Below, in pieces: positions 1 to 12,610 of a stretch of 64,000 nt of DNA. This DNA is from Dicyema japonicum (taxonomy: Eukaryota > Animalia > Dicyemida), in assembly GCA_011109175.1 (NCBI GenBank), contig RDEW01000015.1:1142868-1206867 (forward strand). The letters are read 5' to 3'. The notes below the pieces were generated by a model. It did no database searches and was not told where the DNA came from. It saw only the letters and a list, made by a program, of their open reading frames with translations. Every line of letters starts with the position of its first letter. The stretch's first letter is position 1. Made by a program: the position numbers and the translations under genes.

Positions 1-294
1 CCCATTTGTCTAAGAACATTATTCTCAAGTTTTAAATACAAAGATTATTTGGATAAAATACATAATATCCTCAAAATACCTAAAACCAAAGAAGATTTAA
101 TATCATCTCTTGCTTCTACATTAAAAAGTGTGCCAGGTTGTGAGCTTGTTGTGTTATCCTGCACTCACATTTTTCATGAAAATTGTATTAAAACTTATGA
201 AAATGTTGTACCCTATCCAAGAAGGAATATTTGTCCTGTTTGTAAGCAGAAGGACTTTGTTACAAGAAGGATCTCACATGAACTATTTATTTGA
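1..294 (+). CDS. C-terminal exon of a RING-H2 protein (RNF32-like second RING), 5' part outside window
   Basis: Frame 1 open from base 1: PIC-long loop-LSCTHIFHENC...CPVC then stop at 294; the long-loop RING-H2 with LSCxHxFH resembles RNF32. Confidence 0.6.
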   Translation, partial: PICLRTLFSSFKYKDYLDKIHNILKIPKTKEDLISSLASTLKSVPGCELVVLSCTHIFHENCIKTYENVVPYPRRNICPVCKQKDFVTRRISHELFI

Positions 295-489
295 ATTTAT
301 TCTAATATATATTTCTAGTGTCTTTTTTAAATCAATTTAATTTTTCATAATTTGTTCATTTACTCCCGGTCACCTCAAGTGGTGGCTAACAAAAACATGA
401 CTACCAATGACGGACATTTCTAGATATCCAAAAGGTTGATCCTGTGCGAGGAAGACACAGAATGCGTAGGAACGAAAAAGTGAATAGGC

Positions 490-1100
490 TTACCCGAATA
501 TCCCGGGTAAAACCAAACTAACTAATCCCGTGATCCTGACGCATTCCAATAGAAACCTCATCCAAGCACAGTGATCCAGAGGACATTGTCCGGGGAGCTG
601 AGGTCGATTCCAGAACTCGTCCCCAGGGAACGTAATTGTCTCCCGGTGAAAAAAAGATGGATCCTTTTGAATGCCGGCGTCTCCCGAGTAAGATGGATCC
701 GATGACACCAATGGAAGGAAAATAGAAAAATCTTTAATCAAGCATCCACACATGGCTTTTGATGTCAATCTTTTTAAGCCTTCCACAACTGTTAAGCAAA
801 TTCAGAGAGAATTCAACGCAAAGAACTCTCTGTGGTTTTCTTGTGATAATTCCGACCAAAGAGGTCTTCACATATCAACGGAATTCGAGAACCACGTGAT
901 CTTTAATATTACACATTCACACATAAGAACCGAATTCACTCTGGGGGCTCAAATACTTCCCCAGATCTCACCATATGTTCTACTGAGGTTTCATCTCTTA
1001 CTTTCTGGAACGTCATATATGATCTCCAATCAGATCGCAATCCCATCCTTTTGTTCATCAAAACTTTCCACTCGAGAAATACAACTGGAAGACCTTTATT
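490..1100 (-). mobile_element. Degenerate 3' portion of an Ingi/Vingi-like LINE
   Basis: KRLTSKAMCGCLIK resembles the post-RT (A)LRxITGC motif; ends in AGGATCACGGGATTAGTTAGTTT, a variant of the family 3' motif. Confidence 0.5.
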
Positions 1101-1109
1101 AATTAAAAA

Positions 1110-2930
1110 GAGGGAAATGGGTAGAAAATTTCAATTCGCTTGATTCTGCTGCAAAATGTTTCAATTATAATTTCTGCTGAAAATTCATTCCAAGGGGTGT
1201 ATTCCTGGGGCTAAGACGTTTATCATTAGAGAGGTCATATTCCTTATAAAGGAAAATGGGATTTGAAAAGAAGCAACGAGTATTAGAAGCATCTCTTTAA
1301 TAAACTTTCTACCATAAATATTAAAATTTCCGAACTGATTTTATTACAGAAAAAAGCTTGATGGAACAAATTTGTATCCAAACTAAATCACACAACAAAG
1401 ACCTCAGAATTATGAAATACTTTAAAATACACCTCAAATACGCAGACAAACAAACATAACTTCACACTCTTAACCCAAAGGGGCTAAGAGGCATCACGGA
1501 AATTTTCACTACTTCTTTAAACTCCTGATTTATCCTTCTCTTGTGGAAACAGTCAACAATCACCTCCTATTCTGAAACCAAACATGGATCTATGCTGTCC
1601 ATGATCTTTCCACCTCCTTTCTCTTTTTTGTGCCACCTCTAAAATTTCGGAAAGATTCTTACTTAACCGCATCTACCCATTTATCAACCTATCAAGATCA
1701 CAACATGGCTTCCACCCACTACCACCCACCTAACTAAACTGGCTGACCTTATCGCAGATGGAATCAATAACCATAAAATCACTTCTAACCGTTTTCGCCT
1801 CTATCGACATAAGTAAAGTTTTTTATATAATATCACGACACCTGTTTTCCAAAAAGATTATTTCATCGTAAATCCCACCAATTTTTAGAAGTGATTAACA
1901 TCTTATCTGCCTGATAAAATGGGTCAAACTCTTGTGGTGTCAAGGAAATCTCATACCAAATGGGGTTTCGCAAGGTTCTGCCCTCTCCCCCGCCATGTTT
2001 AACTTTCACTATAAACTAAATCACTCTTACGCAGATGTTTTAATAAGTGCTTCAAAAAATACATAACATTGATGCAGCCTCGACAAGGTTACAAGTACAT
2101 CTTGATATTCTAACAACAAGACTACTTGACAATCAACTTACTCCTTCTCCGTAGAAATTTATCATTACAGTTTTTACTTCCTATCGTCGACTGTTTAATG
2201 TTCAGCCTAAAATGAAGATATTTGGAAAAGTTCTCCATGTGACAAAAACTGAAAAATACTTGCGATCATTTATGACCAATTAATTTCTTTCTCGTCCCAC
2301 GTGAACCAGTGGCTCTAAACGCCAGACGAAAACTTAACGCCTTCCTTGCTGTTTCTGGTGTCAAATTTGGACACGAAAAACACCCTTAAACTTATATTTA
2401 AGCATTTCGTCAGAACTACTGTGAACTACGCTAGCTCTAGCTGGTTAGCTGTTTTTCCGACTCAAATCTTCAGAATCTTCAATAACTCAAAATGTGGGTT
2501 TTTATACCTATAGACCACCTACATTGAGAATCTTGTAATCTTCCAATCGACAAAGATCACCTGTGAACGCGAAACATATAATTCCTCAATGACTTAATAA
2601 ATCCTATGCATCTCTACAATGACCCAACCGAAACAAGAAATCTAAGACATATTGTTTCCACAGTCATAGACATCAGAAAAATACTTAAGAAGATTCCTCA
2701 CCATCTTAGAAGTCCACCATGACGAAGACGAGCCATGATTTTACATAAACTAGGGGCATTTGTTGCCAAACAATCTCCTTCCGATTCAGAAGCAACTCTC
2801 AATAGACATTCCAGAGAAATCCTATCGAAAATTCGCTCCGGGCATTTTTACCTTTGGGACGGATCAGAGTTTCGACTCCCCTCATCTAGCCAGCTTGGGG
2901 ACCTCTCTAGACTAGGACCATGAATGACAC
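1110..2930 (+). mobile_element. Decayed LINE reverse transcriptase relic
   Basis: Fragmentary RT motifs: NGVSQGSALSPAMFN (~1960-2005), YAD (~2028), HGF-like (~1705), LWD-like terminal motif (~2850); many stops and frameshifts. Confidence 0.6.
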
Positions 2931-3085
2931 TAATGGACTTGTGGGAGCGCCCAACACTATCAGCTGGAAGGTTGATGGCAGTCGGCCTTCCACATGTTAG
3001 TGAGGTTGGAGCAACTAATTAACTTGAACAATGAAATGAAACTATGGAGCTCATCACAAAAATCAAATGGATGCATGTGCTCTCG

Positions 3086-3374
3086 CCTTTTCACGAGAGC
3101 CATAACATTTATAGCTCCACATAGGCAGGACACACAAGAACATAAATTTTAACTAATCGTAGAACCAAGGAATGATCTTCAATTCCCTTTTTCTTGTGTG
3201 TGGGTCCTTTCTAGACAATCCAGTTCCGCAGTGAGTATCCACTGATGACGGCGTCACTCGTCAAGTCCTTTTAGGATCGTAGATGCGTGGAACCTTCCAC
3301 CAGGTGAACAGCAGCGAGAATCGAACCCGTAACCTAAGCCACTTTAGCCCGACACCTAGCCACTACGCCACCCG
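3086..3374 (-). mobile_element. tRNA-derived SINE, copy A
   Basis: Minus strand GGGTGGCGTAGTGG (A box) and GGGTTCGATTC (B box), conserved core TTGACGAGTGACGCCGTCATCAGTGG and RTE-type 3' end; closely matches the copies at 13152 and 44225. Confidence 0.85.
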
Positions 3375-3419
3375 TCTACTGCATTGACGAGGATATATAC
3401 TCAATCAATAAAAATTTTA

Positions 3420-4190
3420 CCACAGCCTCGTGGAAACTTAACAGTTCCGTCCAATTCTGAAACAAGGAAAAGCGAAGAAAGGTCCAACCTCATATAGGTC
3501 GGTCATGTCACTCTGTAAAATGTCGAAAATCCTGGAGAGATTGGTTCTCTCAAAAACCAGACTTTCTCCTGGACATGACGGTTCAACATGGATTCAAAGA
3601 GGTCTACTTCTACCCACATCGGTATTAACTAACATAATGGATTTTCACACAGGCTTTGACATCTAAAGACTCTATCTTGTTCCATTACATCCAAAGACTT
3701 TCAGCTCAATGTCGAGGGAGATTCTAATTTAGAAAATTTTTCAATTAAGAGTCTTTGAAAACCTCAAACTCTGGTTAGCTAACTTCCTTAGTGGTCGGAG
3801 GGCACAGTGTTTGCATCTAACAGTCAAAATCTATTTCCCGGCTTCTTAATAATGTTACTCAATGATCCTCTTCGTCTCCTTTGTTATCCCACCTATTCAT
3901 GGCTGATCTCCCTACTTCGGAAGCTGAAAAAAATGTGGTAACAAAATATGAAAGAAAAACTGAGATGTCCCTTGGGGTTATGGAAGATCGGAAATCAACC
4001 TATTTTGGAAAATATCTACAATATATTAAACCACGCATTTCTTATGCATGCGCCACATGGGGTCCATTTATTTCCTGGATATATTCTTTAAAGATCGAAA
4101 CTAGCAAAAAAAGGCTTTTACAGTTTCGGAGCAAGAAACGTCTTAAAAAAGTGTTCTCCAACGCCTCTGGAATTTCTAATCCATAATAAC
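3420..4190 (+). mobile_element. Decayed LINE RT and 3' relic
   Basis: LCKMSKILERLV, QHGFK, WLANFLSGR fragments and YIKPRISYACATWGPFISW, similar to the 43268 family. Confidence 0.6.
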
Positions 4191-5461
4191 CGAGGAGTGT
4201 GCATGTTCAACTACAAGCATCCAGTTATACGCCAGATAGTGCTTATATGGGCTTAAGGGAGGAGCACCTGGTCAACGCATCAAATAAAATGTAAAAATTG
4301 TAAATGAGTGGTAATATTTTGGTATATCGACAAGAAAAAAGATTTATTAAATGTTTTGTAATAAAATTAATGAGACTTTCGAATGATAGTACATATAAAT
4401 TAGTTGCAATCCAAAAGTAATTTTCACAGCACGAATCCAATTTCGACAATAATATTGAGTATCCTCAATTATAACAAGTTCACTTGACAACTATCAATTA
4501 TATTTTTGTACAATTTAAGATAAAATTAGTAATTATGTGGAGCAACATTCTTGACCTCCATTTCTTATAAAATATAATTGGGGAATTAAGATTTGATTTT
4601 GTGAGACGTTTTAATGAACAAATTCACAATGTGTTTAATGATTCATAAAATTATTATTGACAGGAGATGAGAATACAACAAAATATTATAGAGTTACCTT
4701 TATTAATAAATTCATGTTCATTCAAAACATAATTTTTTAATCAGGAAAACAATATCCGCTCATTCCTTTTTGTCCATTATTCCATTTCCTGTTTTACTAA
4801 TTGCCGTGAACGGATTCCTTTATAGTTGGTATTAATGTTGGATACATTACCAGTTCACTAACAGAGATTACAGGTCATTTAATAGAGACATATTTAATTT
4901 CCTGTTTAAACTCTTAAGATGAGTGATAAAATCATAATTTCAATCTAAACAATATGCAGATAATTCTCATTATTTCATTACAATATAGATTAAGGTTAGA
5001 TTTAGATTAACTTGGATTTTTAATTCCCACAAGGATTTTTAAATTTCATGGGAATTGTAAAAAATGCTGGTACATCAATATAAACTTTTTAAATACAAAT
5101 AATTTTTGTAGTACGCGAAATGCCGGTAGAAATAGAATATAAAATTCCTAACGTTAATCAGTTTTATTTCGTGATATAATCAACTGCACAGTAAGATTCA
5201 ATTGTTTTTTTATACCTTGCTGATTTTCCGGTTTGGCTGCTGCAAGCTGGGCCTATGTTATTGAGCAGCAGGAGTTTGCTTTAGTTGATTCGCTAATAAG
5301 GATTGATTTAGTTTAAAGTGAATATTAGGCAGAGTAGGTGCTCATAAAGTCATTTTGTTTGATGTAGAAATGGGCAATCATCTTGAGAGGTCCAAAGTTA
5401 ATAAAAGTTAGCCGATATAAGTGCTTCTGTTAATTATGAGTTATTTAAATTATCTTTTAGA

Positions 5462-6443
5462 ATGGGGATGAACCAACAAAACTCTAATTTTATGAACAAC
5501 GATATTGATAATTATTATCAGGTTTGTTATTTACTCATTTTTAGTCTTCAAATAGAAATTATAACGTTTCAAGAGAACATTATTATATTTATTCTCATTC
5601 CAAGGAAGACTACGGATATAATCATCAATTATTTATGAATTGTACACAACCTAATTTTTACTGTCTTTCTCAAGAACCATCATTCACTCAACATCCTTAT
5701 ATATACCCTGAACAGTTCCAATATTCGGATCACACCTCACAACCTTACAATCAAGTTCATTACAACCATTATACCAAACCAATTTACGACAACTCTTTTA
5801 TTCATTCTACAGAGTTTGTTTGTAAATGGAGACAGGACAATAAAGAATATTTAAATTCGGAAAATATTTGTGGAAAAATTTTCATTACTCTTGACGAATT
5901 TGTGCTCCATATTACCACAGAACACGTTGGTGGACCAGAAAAGACAGACCACAGATGTTTTTGGTTAGACTGCAGTCGGTTTTGTAAACCATTCAAAGCA
6001 AAATATAAACTTGTTAACCACATCAGAGTCCACACTGGTGAAAAACCCTTTCAATGCAATGTTTGCAATAAATTATTCGCAAGATCAGAAAATCTTAAAA
6101 TTCATCAAAGAACCCACACTGGTATTCTTATAAAATCACTATTTTAGGAGAGAAACCATTTCTATGCACATTTGAGGGGTGTGGAAGACGTTTTGCTAAC
6201 AGTTCTGACAGGAAAAAACACTCCCATGTGCATACAACTGACAGACCATATACCTGTACTTATGAAGGATGTATGAAAAGTTATACTCACCCCAGTTCCC
6301 TTAGGAAACATATTAGAATGCATGATGAAAACGAATCTTTTAATCCTCAGAATGGAGATAAAAATTACTACGACGGTCATTTAATTTCTGAAGAATCCAT
6401 TTTTAACTCAAAAAACCATCAAATTTATCCTACCGATTTGTAG
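5462..6443 (+). CDS. Zic: Zic family C2H2 zinc-finger transcription factor (3 exons)
   Basis: Five fingers: CKW...HITTEH, CFWLDC...[57 protein letters not shown]. Introns 5522-5544 (23 nt, phase 0) and 6122-6147 (26 nt, phase 1, in the HTG|EKPF linker). Start codon is the best guess. Confidence 0.95.
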
Positions 6444-6639
6444 ATTAGATATATTATTCTTTTGATTAATATAGTTTTTAAATTTCATTTTTTAATAAGA
6501 ATTTGTTATATGCACACAAAAATTCATTTTTGCGTATTTAAATTAGATTTGATAAGATATAGTTTAGTAATTTTAATAAAAATGGCCTCGGGTTATTTAC
6601 GTCTTAATGAACATGAAAAGATCAAAATTGTCACTAAAA

Positions 6640-7130
6640 ACTGCACTTTTACGCGGAGCCATATTACCTATAGCTCCGCTCAGGCAGGACATAAACATTA
6701 TTTAAGTAAAAAACAGTTATCATGACTAATCGTGGAACGAAGGAATTTATTATTATTATTATTAGCAATGTCCAAGGAATCAGAAAATTTAACTAATTTG
6801 AGATTCCACTTTTGCAATGCATCTCTGGATACGCGCTGTGAGTCGTTTCCATCCACTTCCTGTTTCTCGCATCCGCCCTCAGATCATCCAGATCCTCTCC
6901 TGTTTTCAGTTTTCTTCCTATGCAAGTGAGTTCTAAACGAAGGAATGCTCTTTACTTTTTTTCTTTTTGTTGCGTGTGAGTCCTTTATAGACGAAATTTT
7001 CAATTATGGTGGGGTCTCATGTCAAATTAAAGCATCATAGATGCGTGGAACCTTCAGTTTGAATGCACAGCAGCGAGATTCAAACCAGGGGCCATCGAGT
7101 CTTTTGTCCGACACTTGTTACACCTGGATT
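6640..7130 (-). mobile_element. Diverged SINE copy D, interrupted by an RTE 3' fragment
   Basis: 3' part at 6640-6746 (GCGGAGCTATAGGTAATATGGCTCCGCGT) and core/head at 6947-7130 (CTCGCTGCTGTG...GAAGGTTCCACGCATCTATGATGC). Confidence 0.65.
6747..6935 (-). mobile_element. 189-bp 5'-truncated RTE-type LINE insertion with 11-bp TSD
   Basis: AACGAAGGAAT at 6736-6746 and 6936-6946; encodes RTE-like C-terminus DLDDLRADARNRKW; (TAA)n tail. Confidence 0.8.
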
Positions 7131-7414
7131 TCCCTGTGATTTAGACAAAAAATTCGACATGTGTCAGTTAACTCTAATAATCTTAAGATTGAATGCAATT
7201 CATGTATTTTCATATATTTTCTCACCTATGTTAATGTTCAAAGAAAATACAGTTTATGTCCAATCTACAATTTGCATGTTATCTTTAACAAGTAAAGGAA
7301 TTGAATGTGACTACAAATATTTTCGTTTTTACCTTTTTTCTGTTAAGAATCTGAGATTGTTCAGAATTGGTCAATATATATTGAATTTAAATTAAACCAC
7401 CGTCATTACCGAAA

Positions 7415-8190
7415 CAAAAAATTCAGGTGATCCCGACCTCCCTCAACAGTCTTCGCATCGGAAGTGCCGTCCAAAGGGAATTCCTCTGGATGGCTGTTAA
7501 CCATGGTCCTTTCGGATATAATTTAGGATTGATAAATAACTGGACGCACGCTAATTAGATGTAGTGCACGACTTCCCCTACATTTGATAATAAATTTGTC
7601 TTTAACCATCTACTAAGGTGGTTGAACAGGTCTTGCGAATGTCCAAACGTATCATTCACCAGATTTGAGGATTATATCATTGGCTTATATTAGAATTCTG
7701 GTGTCGCAAATTTAAACCGACAAAAAATAGTTTAAAATAATAGGTGACCCATGTAGTATGTCGTTTGGTAGGAATTTTGAAATTGAATTACTAGTTTGTG
7801 ATAAGAAGTCCTCTGGGTCCATTGAAAAAGTTCTTTGATTTTGCTCTACAATTCTGAGTAAAAAACCTTTTTTAAATATCCTCCTTGGACCTGATTCAAA
7901 AGCCTTATGAATGTCAATCGATCACTTAAGGACTTTTGTGCATCGATTTACACTGTAGGCCCTCAGAAAAAAACTCATTAGGATAATAGAATTTTGTCAG
8001 GCGTCAATTGTTGTTGATAGAAGTCTTGATGAAATGAAACCACAGGAGAATGTACTTTTCTGAAATTTTTCCAGATGTAGATAGAATAGATATTATTTAG
8101 GATGGTTGCATATTGGAGGGTTTCCAGATGGTCTGGATTATGGTTTATTGATATAGACTCTTCTACATAAAAAAACATAAAAAAAACAAC
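7415..8190 (-). mobile_element. Decayed LINE RT and 3' end
   Basis: IDIHKAF and HG(S)P-like RT remnants; 3' motif GGGATCACCTGA at 7434-7423, nearly identical to the tail at 34430-34480. Confidence 0.55.
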
Positions 8191-8480
8191 TATCAATCAG
8201 CTACTGCTGTGCGGCATGGAATACTAACTTATCCTATACCAACCTAAAGAAAATAAACTCCTTCCAAGAATTAGTAACGATGGCCTTACAAAGGTTCTCT
8301 TCCTCGCCACTAAAGCCAACCCCGTTCGAGGAACTCGTGAGGAAAACGGGAGCCCTGTTGAAACCTTAAAATTTCCGAAGAGTGATTCATCCATACAGGA
8401 AGTGTGTCGGCTTTCGGGAGGAACACCGAGAAAGATGAAGCGGCTGCTTAAGGCGGCAGGGATCACCTGACGGCACCCAT
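8190..8480 (+). mobile_element. LINE 3' fragment
   Basis: ISYCCAAW...NLKKINSFQ nearly identical to 12500-12580; GGGATCACCTGA at 8459. Confidence 0.65.
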
Positions 8481-8579
8481 TCTTTTATTTGATTCGTGAT
8501 ATTGAAAAGTCTTAATTTCTGGGACTGTAGAAACTAAATACATTTAATTAGTTTTTAACTGTTAGCTTTTTTTAAAAAT

Positions 8580-9470
8580 ATGTAAAGACCACAACTATGC
8601 AATCCCGACACGTCGTGGCAGAGCACTCAGCTTGGCTCCTTCTTCGTGATGGACAGATAACTTCCCCGTCATGATGTAACAAACTTCCTGCGACATATAA
8701 CCAAATAAAGATTTCCATAGTGCTTAATCGTTTCTCCCCAATTATTTAATGTTCCGTCTTTAATGACCGACAAGACTCGTGCATAAGAAATGAATGGTTC
8801 GATATACTGCTTATACAACTATAAAATGGTTGCCGATCTTCCACTATCTGTGAGGGTCTTCATTAGATTAATCTCATATTTTGTCACCGAAAAGCACATT
8901 TGAATATCGATGGTTACCCCATGGATTTTTGGGATCTGTTAAAGATGAAGATGGACTACTCGCTTTCTGTTAAAAAATAAGTAATGGATTTGTTGGGATA
9001 ACAGATGAGTTTTATTGAAAAAGTGAAATAATAATAATAACACCAGAGACCACGGTTACAAAAATTAACTAATCACGTAATCCCAGCACGCTCTAGCAGG
9101 GACCTCATCTTGGCTCGATGCTCCTCCCTCGTCTCCACACAAACACGTATCGGTCGAGTGACTAAACCTTCGCAGTCACGACAGCGCGTTTCGTGGTTCA
9201 TTCTTATCAAAGCTTCAAGAGGCATTGGTGGCTGGAGTTATCCAGAGATCCAGCGTTCCGTGATTTTGGAGGCTCTTCTTCGGCTAGCCTCGATCTTCAA
9301 GACATTCGTCCAAGAGATGAGTGGACCCCATATACCACATGCATAAGAGATGCATGGCTCACTGAATTGTTTATATACCGTGCTCAAAACGGAATGCTTT
9401 CCGATCTTCCATAAGCCTGTGAGGCATTTCAGAACATTAGTTATCATTTCGCATTTCGTAATTACGCTTT
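8580..9470 (-). mobile_element. Two adjacent diverged LINE 3' fragments (43268 family)
   Basis: YKQYIEPFISYAR (~8815-8775) and VYKQFSEPCISYACGIWGPLISWTN (ORF 9238-9447); tail TAATTTTTGTAACCGTGGTCTCTGG...(TTA)n at ~9030-9075. Confidence 0.65.
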
Positions 9471-9984
9471 CAACATGGGAGAGAATGACATATGCATGTC
9501 AAAAGTCAAAAAAATAAAATTATATGAAAACAGACACAATAGATTTAGAAGGTCCCAGTCCTCACTGCGTGGCTATTCCCTTTGGATTGGGAGGAAAATT
9601 TGCTCGAATAGCCAACATTGCTCTTAAAAGTCCCTGAACGAGCTGAGATTAAGTTTTTGAGGACGTATTCCCGGCACTTCAGTGTCTCGACTTTCTAAGT
9701 GGCTGAACAAGCATTGACACCACTCTGCGTGAGGTTGTATGAAGCAAAAGTGTCTACAAATTTGAGTGTTTCCAATGGCAAAAAGAAAAATGGATGTTTT
9801 TTATTTCGTCTACACAACCTATCAGGGTCGAATATGTCGCGGCGAGGCTAAGTCGACACCGAGCTGAGGGCGATATTTTGACAGCTGTCATTCGAAGTCA
9901 TAACTGTCATTTTAACTAAAACTTAATCAATACTATAACTTTTTCCTATTTTTTATAGATACTTATTTTTACGTATATCAGCAT

Positions 9985-10665
9985 CCAAGTCTCAGTTCAC
10001 ATTATTCACTACGGACAGAAGGTTTAAAGGTGGGCTTGAGATATCCATCGGAAACATTCCCATCCCTTCTACGCGGACCCAGAAGATCCTTGGTGTAGTT
10101 TCGACTCTCTGTTGACGTTCTCGAGTCACGTGGAGGAGGTGCTTGTCAAGGGTCTTCGAAATGGTATTCTGAATGCAATGCTAAAGAATAGCCCTTCCCC
10201 CCCCCCCGGCTGCTTGCGTCAGCAAGGTCTATCAACAAGTCATTGTACCTACCATTGAATATGCCTGCTCCGCCTGGAGGTTAGCGATTCCCTCTTCGAG
10301 AGTGGACCGTTTGAACTTCCTTAGGCGGAGAATTATGCACCACACGGACATCTCCATTGGCGACCTCGTTTCTGATGAGGCAACGTTGAAAAATGGCCAA
10401 GGTTTCCTACGTTTCTGCAAGGAACTGGGAAACCCACTCAATTAAAAGCTGACCCATGCAGAGGAATTTCGGTCGGTAATAAAAAAAGTGCACGCCAATT
10501 GAATTCATTTGCAGAAGTAAGAGAAGACGTTTCCGGAGTGCGGTTGGATCATCAGAAGACCAAATGAAGAGAGTTCGGATGTTGTTGGAGGATGGGATCA
10601 CCTAATTAGTTAGTTTTGACCTATCTTTCCTGGTGGTCTTGGGGTTAAAAAAATAAATAAAATAA
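9985..10665 (+). mobile_element. 5'-truncated LINE 3' end
   Basis: LFTTDRR...TQKILGV post-RT motifs; GGGATCACCTAA at 10594; GGTCTTGGGGTTAAAAAAATAAATAA tail. Confidence 0.7.
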
Positions 10666-10959
10666 TAATCCACGCTAGAAAAATTTGTCACGTTGACCTA
10701 ATGGCCTATAGCAGGATTATTATCAAAGATAATGAAGAGTACCAACTTCTAAAATCAATCCTTGAAAATCATGACGTAAATATTTTGAAAGTTAAGAAGT
10801 ACCGCTAAAAAAGAAAGCTGAAAATTTTATTTGGTCATTTGGTTATCTTTGTAGATTTGAAAATCAAAATTATCATTTTTTATTGGTTGTTGTCAGTTAT
10901 AGACGTCTATTAAGTGGGTAAAAAAAGGTACATAGAGGTTTGGACCGGGAAGACTGTCT

Positions 10960-12610
10960 TCCTCCACTGCTTCCCCTATCTTCCTAGGCTACAACATTAT
11001 TCGACGTGACCGCCCCTCGGCCCGCGGAAGTGGAATTATCACACTTATCAAAAAGAAATCCCTTTCACGGAGAGAGCACACCTCTACTTCCCCCATTCCG
11101 TTGAATACATCATAATTTCAATTTCAACCAACATTGGATGCCTAACTGTATTGAACCTCTATGTACCTTCTCCCAGTTCGTCCCCCAAAGGATACAGCTT
11201 TTCACTGTCAGACATCGTCCAACCCAATAACCTATTATTATGTGAAGACCTGAACGCGAAACATCCGATGTGGTTCAAAGACCTAGAGAAAAGAACTTTT
11301 TAAACAAGATTATAAAATTTTACTCCTCCGTGAGCTTCATCCCACACCAGAAAATTGATGGTCTTCCACATCTTCAACAAAACGCGATGCGACCTCGAAC
11401 AGCCTTTCAATGGACGCCATGCGGAAAGTTATTCAAAACCAGAAATCGTCTTACACAAGTGGTCCAGATGGAATTCCCCCTATTGTACTTAATAAGATAG
11501 GAACCTACACACTCTTGGCCTTGACCAGAATTTACAACCTCTCCATCAGTAGAAACTCGAATCCTACTCAATGGAAATTATCCCATATTCAGCCCATCTT
11601 AAAACTTGGACAGACGAATGACTCGTCAGCTTCGTACAAACCAATATCCATTTTGTGTGCCACCTCCAAAATCCCGGAAAAACTCATTCTTGATCAGATT
11701 AAACCTTACCTCCCAGACGTATTCTTCCAACATGGATTTAAGAAGGCTCGCTCCACAACTACCCACCTCACTTGCTTGGCAAAATTCATCAAGGAAGGCC
11801 TTCAACGCAAACCTCGGCATCAAAAGACAATTATGTTTCCCATAGACATACAGAAGGCTTTTTACTCGATACCGAGGAAACTGCTCACTAGGACTGCTCA
11901 TGGCTCTAACATTCCGAACAACCTGAAAATTTAGATCGCTAACTTCTTCAACGGACAAAGAGGAAGAGTAATTTCCCATTCCACATCTTCAGTCACTAAA
12001 TTTCTACCGAACGGGGTCCCACAAGGATCCCACTCTCTCCCATTCTATTCAACCTATTCATGAGTTACATGCCTTCCTACAACTGCGACGATACCCTATT
12101 CCTTACTTACACCGACGACTTAATTCTGGGAACAATAGACCAATGCATCCACAAAGCGGGTACCCGCTTACAAGTTTCCCTGGGTAACCTGAACCGCTGG
12201 CTTACGAGGAACTAATTACACACAACTCCTGAAAGTCGTGCTCTATATCTTTACTTCCAATAGAAGATTGACTAACTCGGCGCCTTCATTGACCTTAAAT
12301 GAAATAACAATCCCCTCTACAAATTCAACCAAAATACTGGTGGTCACATATGACCCACTAATGACCTTCAGCAAATATGTGAGCAACATAATCTCCTCTT
12401 CCCAGCGAAAATTAAACTTTGTAAAAACGCTATTTGGATACTATAAGAGACGATTCCACCCAACAGTGGATCATCTCTACTACCAATATATACTTTCTTC
12501 AATCAGCTACTGCTGCGCGGCAGGGTTCTAACATATCCCCCATCAACCTAAAGAAAATAAACTCCTTCCAAGAGACAGTAACAAATACCCGAAACACTTA
12601 GTAAAAAGTC
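10960..12610 (+). mobile_element. Degenerate Ingi/Vingi-like LINE (APE and RT remnants)
   Basis: RRDRP..RGSGIITLIK, NLYVP, LCEDLNAKHPMW (APE); SGPDGIP, YKPISILCATSKIPEK, QHGFKKARST, DIQKAF, NGVPQGS, YTDD (RT). Confidence 0.8.

Noticed and set aside
3241-3265. CTGATGA hammerhead-core match on the antisense strand of the SINE core (also 50492, 54396)
   Set aside because: No GAAA follows stem II; it is just the reverse complement of the SINE TGACG/CGTCA hairpin.
4243-5000. AT-rich stretch with short ORFs on both strands and possible micro-introns
   Set aside because: I could not assemble a consistent spliced frame or recognise a domain; a gene may still be present.
9820-9915. TGACAGCTGTCA palindrome of the kind seen near mariner-type ends
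   Set aside because: No second end, TSD or transposase remnant identified.
10353-10396. CTGATGA...GAAA hammerhead-like arrangement
   Set aside because: Stem II is weak, stem III is out of register, the cleavage position would be G, and it lies in LINE coding sequence.
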